NCBI GenBank assembly: GCA_963575745.1
Contig: CAUYUJ010000221.1
Coordinates: forward strand, 62,001-116,732
Reading direction: 5' to 3'
DNA: 54,732 nt
From: Prorocentrum cordatum
Lineage: Eukaryota
Position numbers and translations under genes: made by a program. Under the pieces are notes generated by a model that saw nothing but the letters and a program-made list of their open reading frames with translations, was not told the DNA's origin and did no database searches. Position 1 is the stretch's first letter. The number at the start of each line of letters is the position of its first letter. This document shows, in pieces, positions 46,021 to 54,732 of the stretch.

Positions 46021-48205
46021 ACTGTGTTGGCCCAGGGAGCTGGTTTCTCACCAATTGTCTTTGCCAAGTGAGCGGCGCGGTCTCTGCGTCGAGTGCGACG
46101 TGAAAGCTCTGCTCTTCAGTTATGGACGTAGCGAGTGAGAGACAGGCGAGCAAGAAGAGCAGTCAGCAGCAACGCTGGCATCGGTGCGTGCCAGAACGGC
46201 GGGCAGGGCCACCGTGGGATACATACCTGGCGTTCGACGACATTAGCGACCACGATAGGACCAGCGTGTGCGTGGCATGCAGTTCAGTTTCCCGCTGCCC
46301 AGAACTAGCAACCTGGAGCGATGGATGACTGCAGAATTCAGACCTCAAGCGCTTGCTGGCCATTGGAGCTCCTGAAAACGCTGCTCGCCCACCAGTCCCA
46401 GTTCTGATGGCCATGATCAGCTGTGGGCCCAGCCGCGAGATGGCTGATGCGGCTGGGGGAACGCAGCGGTCGCCCGCTGGTTTCTGCCGGCGGCTGCTTT
46501 TCTGTTCGCTGCCCGGCGTGCCCGCCGTGCTGGTCCGCGTGCCGCGGCTCTCTGCCCCGACCCGAGGGCTCCGTTGACCTCGGCCCCGGTGTCGCGGAGC
46601 GCGCCGTGCCGCTGGCTGCTGGGAGGGGAGCGCACGTGGAGCAGGGGCCAACGTCGCCGCACCAAGCGGAGGTCCAGAGCCAGACCCTCCCCCCCCTTCC
46701 GCCCAGTGTCGAAACTCGGGTCGAACGAAAGGGGGGGATTGGGAAAGGGGGTGTTACGAAATTTGCTGCATGCAGCTGGTTTCGGCTTCACCGAGGGGCC
46801 CATTCCTCGATACATAGCCGCCTCCGGCGCCGGGAGGCGCCTGGAAAATCAGCTCCGTGAGCTGATTCTCAAACCCCCCTTTGCTATCCCCCCCTTCCGC
46901 CCAGTGTCGAAGCCGCTCACGTGCACCCCTCCAGCGCGCCGCCAGTCCTCCTCGCCCTCCTTCGGCGCCACCCCAACATACTTGCACTATGTGGGCGTCG
47001 CCCCCCCCCCCCCCCCAGGGGCGACGCGCGCATCTTCTAGTATGTGCGTCGTGGCGAGCGCTTTCTGGCCACACCGCTCGGGAAAAACGATACACTGCCA
47101 GATGGGTTTACTATATGTTCGGGTCGGATGCGCGCCTCCAAGGAGGACATGTTAGCATGTCTCTGTGCGTCCCACTCCTCGTCCTCCCCCCCTCCCCCCA
47201 GGGGGGGGGGGGGCGGCGCGAGGGCGCGCCGCGGAGCGCGCGCAGCTCGGCTGCTCCCGCGGTCTGGGCCGCGGGTCTCCCTCCCTCTGGTGGGGCGGCC
47301 GCGCGGGCAGTGCCACCAAGGAGGAGGGGGTGGGGGGGGGAGCTGCAGGATGGGTGGCTGGGGGCAGGGGGCGAGGGGGGAGGGGGAGGGGGGAGAGGGG
47401 GGGGGGGGGGGAGGAGGGAGGGGCGGGGGGGAGCCAGGGGAGTGGGGGGGAAAGGGGTGAGGGGGGGGGGGGGGGGATGGGGGAGGAGGGAGGGGAGTGC
47501 CACCAGGGAGGCGGGAGGGGGGGGGGAGGAGCCGGGGGTTGCAGGATGGGGTGGCCCCGAGGGGGCCCCAGGCGTCGTCGTCGCCGTCGTCGCCGTCGCC
47601 GTCGTCACGCCCGTGTTCAATCGCAGCACGTACCGTGTTCCACACGTCGGGGTTGGCCACGCTGCGTGCTGCCTCAGCGCATGTCGACCCACGCTTGGGC
47701 GGCCGCCTCTCGCCAGACCCACGTGCTCAGCCTGCGTGCCGAGCTCCGTGCCATCACGCCACGTGCTGCGTGTTGCGCATCGGGGCGGGTAGAGTCAGCC
47801 CGCTTAGTCAGGATGGGCAACCCTCCCCCTCGCATCCTCGCCTCCTCGGTCCATCCTTGGCCTCGCTCGTTTGGCCGCGCACCGCTCGGAAAGCTTCGCA
47901 AGGGGCGTGCAAGGCCCTATCTCCGCTCGGCCTCGGCCTGGGCCGCTCTCCTGGGGGGCCACAGGCGAACCCTACCCCTACCCCCTGCCATTTCTGTGGG
48001 GGAGGGTGGGGTTCCCTTCGCCTCCCCCTCAGAAGTCGTGGGGAGTATGGGGCAGGGCTCGCACGTGGCCCCCTTCTCTCCGCCACCGGTGCCCGCCCGG
48101 CCCAACGAGGCCCCCCGCAGTGCCCGCGACTCGCTCCGGGCGACCGCTTCGATGTCGCTTCCGGCGGGCCCGGTCCGACTCGGCGAGCGAATGATACGGC
48201 TGGGG

Positions 48206-48364
48206 TTCTGTCGGGCGTGTCCCCCTACAGGGGGATTTTCGACCAAATAAAAAAACGACCCCAAAAATAGTCCCCAGACTATTTTTGGATTATTTTTTGA
48301 TTTGTTTTGGGTATTTTTTAGTTTTCGTCGAAAATCCCCCTGTAGGGGGACAGGCCCGAGTTAA
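48206..48364. mobile_element. MITE family 1
   Basis: GTCGGGCGTGTCCCCCTACAGGGGGATTTTCGAC ... GTCGAAAATCCCCCTGTAGGGGGACAGGCCCGAGTTAA; TSD not evident. Confidence 0.8.
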
Positions 48365-48371
48365 ATCTGGA

Positions 48372-48606
48372 CCTCCTACATGGGATCGGAGTAGATCGGG
48401 TCGGAGGATCGCGCCGCATCGCCGAGGCATCGCCGATGCGGCGCGCTGTGCAGCCCGATTGGCTTCACGCCATTGTCGCCGATGAGTCGCCGGTGTGTCT
48501 CCGATGCATCGCCTGTGCATCGCCGATGCATCGCCGATGCATCGCCGATGCATCGCCGATGCGGCGCGATCCTCCGACCCCACCTGCTCCGACCCCATCC
48601 AGGAGG
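48372..48606. mobile_element. Foldback element with ~50-bp TIRs and internal (ATCGCCGATGC)n
   Basis: GGGTCGGAGGATCGCGCCGCATCG / CGATGCGGCGCGATCCTCCGACCC inverted repeats. Confidence 0.75.
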
Positions 48607-49225
48607 CCTCTCGTTAAGGAAGAGCCCCAGGATGCCTCAGACCCTGGAAGGGTCCTGATCTAATGAGGGCGGCGGTGATATCCACGGCCCAGTCCCGAGT
48701 GGTGCTCCACTGGCTTCGGACCCTGGACTCTTCTTTGCCTACGGGATCTTGATCCACTGCCCTCGCCGTGTCGATTCCGGCCAGCCTGGTCCGATATTCG
48801 AATAGTATTCGAAAGAGCGTCTTCTGTGCACGGTAGGAGGAGGCCAGGGGGAGTTTACGACCCCCCCTCAAAAGTGTGTGTGTGTGTGTGTGTGCGTGGG
48901 GCGTCGCAACCCGCCCCGCCCCCCCCTTCCCGCCCAGTGCCGGCAAACGGCGACGACGACAACGAAGCCGACGGCGACGATGACGACTCGCCCGCGACGA
49001 CGTGTCCCGCCCGCCCACCCCGGCCCCAGCCAACGAGGAGGCGGAGGAGGAAGAGGAGGATGAGGACGACGACGACTACGGCAGCGGTGGCGGTTGCGAT
49101 GGCGACGGCGACGCTGACGACGAATGATGACGACGTGTCCCGCCCGACCGACCGACTGGCCGACTTGACGACGACTCGACGGCGACGACCACGACGACGA
49201 GGACTACGACGACATCGACAACGAC

Positions 49226-49284
<59 letters not shown>

Positions 49285-52200
49285 TGGCCACGACAAGACC
49301 GAAGCCGACGACCAGACTGACGGGGCCCAGAAATTGGGTGGGTCTGACAATTTTTACGGGGATACGCCGGATGCATGTTCTCCGTTTGGGCTGGTGGTGG
49401 GGCCCAGGCGGCGAGCTGTCTTTATTGTTTTGTGCGTGGGCGGGCCACCCCCGCGTCGCCACAATAATGTTTCTTCATGTGTCACCGGCCCCAGTGGGGG
49501 TGGTGGAAATGATTCACGCCCTCGGCCTTGTGAGGTGTGAGGTTCCTCTCCGTAGGTTCCCGCGTTGCGAAGGAATCGCGACGGGCATTTTCGTATCGAT
49601 TTTGGGCCCAGGACCCTCACGGATCGGTTCATGTCGAGAATTTGCCGCAGAAGCATCAGGACGAGGGTTCAGGTCGTGATCCTCTCGCGACGTTCCTTCC
49701 CTTTCACGCCGTGGTGTCTCAGGGCCCCTCCTGGAGGCCCGCTGGGGGCCAGGCGGAGCGCCGAGAGTCATGCCTGGCATGGCAGGAGAAGGCGCCCGCA
49801 GAGACGGGCTCGGGGAGACCGGGGGCACACGCGAGCAGGAGCTGCTGTCGCTGCAGCCGGCGGGGAGGGCCGTTTGGGGCCTCCCCTGGAATGCTGGGGG
49901 GCGCCTCCGGCAGCACTCCACACGGGGCCCACGCCAATCGGGACTCGTGCTCCTCGCTGCGCATCGTCCTGTTCGTGGCGGAAGCGAGGGTCTGATCGTC
50001 CACGCTGCCTCCGAGACACATCCCAAACATCCCACAACCGTCGTCTGTTCCCAGCTCAGTCCGCACCTTGGCCTTCGGTCCCTAGCCCCTGGGGACGAGG
50101 CCAGTGCGCGAGCGTGGGCTTACTGTTGAAGGAACAAGCTTGGCACCAAGCGTTTGGAAAGCGCTTCGCATGGCCCCCCTCCGCCCCTGGCCTCAAGATT
50201 GAACCAGCGTTCCCGCGGAGAAGCGCGGCCGGGGAAAGCTTGGACCCAACCCCACCCGCAACACCTGCCAGTGCTAAGGCCCAGGGGTGTTCGATAACAA
50301 GTCATGGGAGCCTTCTGTGCCCTCGCAATTCCGTCTTTCGAGTGCGTTAGCGTCTGGTAATCGATGAGATAGCGCCGATTGAGCGTCGATTAGTGCCGAC
50401 TGGCGTCGATTGAGCGTCGATTGAGCGTCGATGTCGGCTAGCGTCGAATCGCGCCGATATCCGCACGAGCCAGCAAGATGCTACCCACGATTTGCCTCCG
50501 AGGCTTGTTCTCCCAACCGTGTGCCCAGACATCGCGCAGGCTGCCGCCATCGCCGGTCGCTGCGCTCGCCCTCTCAGCCGTTTGGGTCTCCGCGCCCGTG
50601 CCGCGCCGGCCGGGCACCGCGGGCAGCCGCGGGCGGTGGCGCCAGAGGCCCTGCCCAGGCGTCCGGCGTCTCGATCTGGTCCAGGCACGGGCCCCCCCTC
50701 GTCCTCGCCCGCCCCTCGTCTTCGTCCTCGCCCCCCAGGGTGCCTGTGGCAGGCCACACGCTTGGCAAGCCACACCCTTCGGAGTCGCCGACTCTCGACC
50801 ACCTACCAAGGAACGGCTTGTCCCCCCGAGCAGTAGCGTCTTCTAATTAATGCTCCCCTCTGGTTTGATCGGTCTCCTCCAAGATGGCCCCAAGAAGCGC
50901 CCAGGAGGCCCCAAGGGGTCCCAAGATGGCCCCAAGATGGCCCCATGAGGCCCCCAAGAGGCCCCCAGGAGGCCACCAAAAGGATCCCAAGCGGCCCCAA
51001 GAGGCCCCCTCCCGAGGCACCCAAGACGCCGAAGAGCCCCCCACGACCGCCAAGAGACCCCCAAGACGTCCCAAGACGCCCAAGAGATACCCCAAGAGGT
51101 TCCGAGAAGCATCCAAGCGACCTCTGGCCCTTTTGCTTGCTCTCCTCCTCCTCCTCCTCCTCCTCCTCCTCCTCCTCCTCCTTCCTCCTCCTATCCCTTC
51201 TCATCCTCCTCCTCCCCGTCCGCCTCCTCCTCCTCATCCTATTCATCCTCCTTCTCCCTACTCCCTCATCCATCCATCCATCCAATTTTCTCCTTCGCTC
51301 CCTCTCTCCTTCACACGGTTCGGCCGTCCCTCTCTTTGCTCCCGCATTTCCCTGATCAATTTTCAACTCGCCTGGACATTGTTTCTGGATGGGCTGGTGG
51401 GGATACTTTTTTGTCGCGGGCGCAAGCGGAAGCGCAGGCGCCGAGTTGAACTGGTGGGACTGGTTTTTCTGCCCGAGTGTTTTTTTGACGGCCTGCAGTG
51501 CCTTGCGCGCTCCGTTCGGGTCCCTCCGCGCCCCCCCTACAGCCGCGCACCAAAGGTCACTCTCACCTAGCGCACCGTTGCGTGTATCGGCCACGCGCAG
51601 AAGGGGGGCAGGGGTAGGGCAGAAGGCCTCTTAGAAGCACCTCTGCTCCTTAGGAGGAGCGTGCCTTCTCTGTAGATGCAGGTCGAGCGCTCTCTAAGCA
51701 GCAGCCTCCTTCGAAGCAGCTTTCCCCCCTCCCCCCTCCCCCCTGCTCCCCTGTGCGCGCCGCCAAGTGCGCGACACAAAGACACCGCGTCGTCTGCGCC
51801 GACATGGGCGCGTAAGCTGCCCGCGTGAGGTCGCGCGTCCCCAATGAAGCGTTCCGCGCTGGCGGCCCGCGTGAGCCGCGGCGTGAGACCCCTTCTTGCC
51901 AGACCCCAAACGTTGCGACTCTTTCGCGACGCCGACCCCCAGAGGTCTGGACCCCTTCCCGGGGACGGGCTCTTCCTCCCGAGCCGTTTTTTGACGCCCC
52001 CGAGGCCCGGGCAGGGCCCCAGGACGCCGAAAGCCGCGAGAAGCCGCCCGTCGCCGCTTTTTTCACCGCGCGAGGGGGTCTGCCGGGACCCCCTCCCTGG
52101 ACGTCGCTCGCGTGTCGCCCGCTTCGTCGGGGCGCCGCCTGCCTGGGGGGGCGCCTCGGCTGCAGCCGTCGGGGGCCGCGGGGCCCCTCGCGCCGATGCG

Positions 52201-52321
52201 GGCGGCGCGCGCGGGCCGCGGCCGCGAGGGGGCCGGCTCGCTCGCCGCCGCGAGGGACGGCGCGGGCCGTGTCGGGTCCTGCGGCGCGCCGCGCCGGGGC
52301 AGTCGGGGGGCAACGCTGGGG

Positions 52322-52482
52322 TTAAGTCGGGCCTGTCCCTCCACAGGGGGAATATTCAAAAATAGGTAAAACAAATATCTGGGGATAATTTTTTGAATAT
52401 TTTTTGACCATTTTGGAATACTTTTTGAGTATTGCTTATATTTTGTCGAAAATCCCCCTGTAGGGGGACACGCCCGACTTAA
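52322..52482. mobile_element. MITE family 1
   Basis: TTAAGTCGGG...CCCGACTTAA with perfect CGCTGGGG flanks (52314-52321 and 52483-52490). Confidence 0.9.
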
Positions 52483-53147
52483 CGCTGGGGGGGGGGATGG
52501 GCACGGGGGGGGACGCATCGGACCCCCCGGGGTTCGAGGCTCGGTCGGGCGATCGCAAGCATGGATCAAGGGGGCGTGGATCAGCGATGGGTCCCGTGCT
52601 GATGGGAAATCGCGGGTTTCCGCCGCCGAGCGAGGCGGCTCCGGCCGCATTTTGGGGAGGGCACCTCCCCCGATCTATGGATTTGGCGACCGCGCGTCAA
52701 ATCCATGGACCGCGAATCCATGCCTGCGCGCCCCCGAGAGTTCGTTGATTCTCAGCGGCCTTCCAGCCTCGGGACGCTCTCCGTCAGCTGCGCCTCGTCG
52801 AGGGCGTTCCCTGGGGGTGCCTGCATCGTCCCGGACGGCCGCCGGAGAGCCGCGTGATGTCCCCAACACCAGTCGCGGATGGGCACGGCGGCCGACGCAT
52901 CGACCCCTGATCTCGACTGCACACAGGAGCGACCTCTCGCGGGAGTGGCCTCCGGTGCGGGCCCGCTGGGGTCCCCCCTGTCGTTGAGCGCGAGGTGTCA
53001 GCAGCGCCAGGTGCGCTTGGTTTTGGCCCCCCCGCGCCCCTGTTGAAGCCGCGCACCGAAGGTCACTCTTGCCTAGGGTCTCTCTGGCGTGTAGCTGACA
53101 AGTAACCCCTTGATCGCCGATAGGGGCCCGACAGCCCCCAAGCCCTA

Positions 53148-53317
53148 CAGTCAACCCGCATAGTCAGGATGAGCAACTCTCCAAGGTTACCCTTGCATCC
53201 TTCCCTTCGGCCTATCCTTGGCCGCTTTCGCTGGCCGCGCCCCGCTCGCAAATTGTCAACATGGCCTTCTAAGGCCCTTGCATCCTTGTCGTGCGTCCTT
53301 GTTATATGGGTTGACTG
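53148..53317. mobile_element. Tc1/mariner-type MITE (family T)
   Basis: TA|CAGTCAACCC...GGGTTGACTG|CA. Confidence 0.72.
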
Positions 53318-53981
53318 CATCGTCAATCAATCGGCGATGTATCACCAGTTCCAGGTCGAGGTGTCCCCCTTCCCCTATGCCAGCCCCCCTGCCCCGATCG
53401 TTGCTCCTCAGGCAGGGGGCCGAGATGGCCGCCGTGCGCGGCGGCGCCGGTGAGGGCGAAGGTCGGCGGGGCCTTAAGAGTTTCGAGCCTCGAGCCTCGA
53501 GCTGCGATTCTCAGAGATTTCCGATTTGCATCGGTCCAGTTTTGTCTCGATGTTGCCTTCGTCTCGGGTGCAGGTGCCTTCGTTGACACCCCCCCCTGAG
53601 ATCCGATGTTGCAAACAATATTGCAGCATAACAATTATTCCGTGAGCCCTGGACCCAATTCTTGTTGTGTTTTTTCTCGAGCCGAATCGAACCGTGAGGG
53701 TCCCGGGGCCCGAAGTGGAGCTAAAACGCTGGTGGTGAAAAGTTGCAGCGCCAGGATCCCAGACCCCCGCGGGCGACGTCGTGATTTTTTCACAGCGTCG
53801 ACCCCGAGCGGTCTGGACCCCTTTCCCGGGGCCGGCTTGTCATCCCGATTCGTCTCGTGACGGTCCCGAGGCCTGGGAAGGGACGTATTCATTTCACAAT
53901 TCGAGGGGGTTTGGGAAGGCCGGAGGGCTTATGATAGGGGATCACAAACTGACATAAACATAACTAACAACTCGGGGGTCG

Positions 53982-54092
53982 CGCGGATTTGTCGGATCGG
54001 CGCTGGGGCCCCCCGGCGGCGCCTCCGGCGCCGCCCCTGGCGCGCTCTGCGCGCCAGGGAGGGGGGTCCAGCGCCGATCCGAGAAGTCCGCG
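53982..54092. mobile_element. Short palindromic element
   Basis: CGCGGATTTGTCGGATCGGCGCTGG...CCAGCGCCGATCCGAGAAGTCCGCG; related sequence at ~20381-20480. Confidence 0.5.
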
Positions 54093-54394
54093 CGGACCTC
54101 CGAGTTGTTAGTTATGTTTATGTCAGTTTTTGTCCCCCCTGTTGGAGAAGCCCCGCCGGAGGATCTCAGAGCCCGCAGGAAGGACGGCGGGCCACGAGGG
54201 GCGGCCCCTGCGCGCGTGCTCGCCAGGGGCCTGTGTGCCGAAGGTCCCGCGGCGAGCGGGGGCGTCCGGATAAGACGCACGTGCAGTGCTCTCCCGCTGG
54301 GGCCGGCTGCCACTGCTCTGCAGCCGCCGAGGCAGGCTGCACACTCCTCGGCGGCGAGCCACGGGGGGCTCAGAGGGAGGAGGAGGCGGAGGGA

Positions 54395-54732
54395 GTAGGA
54401 GGAGGAGGAGCAGGAGGAGGAGGAGGAGGAGGAGGAGGAGGAGGAGAAGGAGGAGGAGGAGGAGAACCACTGTAAACCCAAGAGTCATCAACGATGTTGG
54501 AATAAACCCTCCCTCCAAGCTTCCTCTTCATAGGCCCCTACAACGGTTCGTTTCCATGGAGGGATCTGCTTTGTTGGAAGACAAACCGTTCGAAGACTCT
54601 GAAGCATGCCAAAACAGTGTTCGTGGGATTCCAACGCCACGGATGAACCTGACTGTTGCGTCTTGACGATCCTGAATCGTGCCAGAACGCCATTCCTGGG
54701 ACTGAAACACAGCGAATCAACGAAACCGTTAC
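54395..54732 (-). mobile_element. LINE-like 3' end with (CCT)n tail, runs off the window
   Basis: Homologous to 38030-38400 with the same tail junction. Confidence 0.6.

Noticed and set aside
52322..52482. piggyBac/Kolobok assignment from TTAA at both ends
   Set aside because: An outer 8-bp duplication is present and the right end is CTAA in some copies, so TTAA belongs to the TIR.
53075..53125. Minus-strand TCAGCTACA resembling a Helitron/PPR junction
   Set aside because: It continues into a different repeat family (GGTCACTCTYGCCTAG, also at ~1790 and ~51555), not into PPR codons.

Overview
Repeat-dominated, GC-rich eukaryotic DNA, almost certainly from a dinoflagellate: a 21/22 match to the dinoflagellate spliced leader (DinoSL) sits 74 nt upstream of an intact, intronless RPS3 ORF, which points to a retrogene. 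RPS3 is the only clearly functional gene. The main structure is a + strand chain from about 8.4 to 46 kb of non-autonomous Helitron-like elements (TC 5' end; hairpin plus CTAG 3' end). They alternate with blocks of 105-bp PPR (pentatricopeptide) coding units, always broken at the same A^T of the D-V-I-S-Y codons (GACGTCA^TCAGCTAC). The first ~40 nt of each element resemble the PPR target, and copies also join head-to-tail. This suggests a Helitron family that targets PPR repeats by mimicking its target, which I do not recognise as described. Nested in one copy is a degenerate ~6.8-kb tyrosine-recombinase retrotransposon with A1...B1-A2-B2 split direct repeats and signs of A:T to G:C-biased decay. 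The rest is LINE fragments, several MITE families, minisatellites and microsatellites. All alignments were done by eye, and coordinates of degenerate features are approximate.
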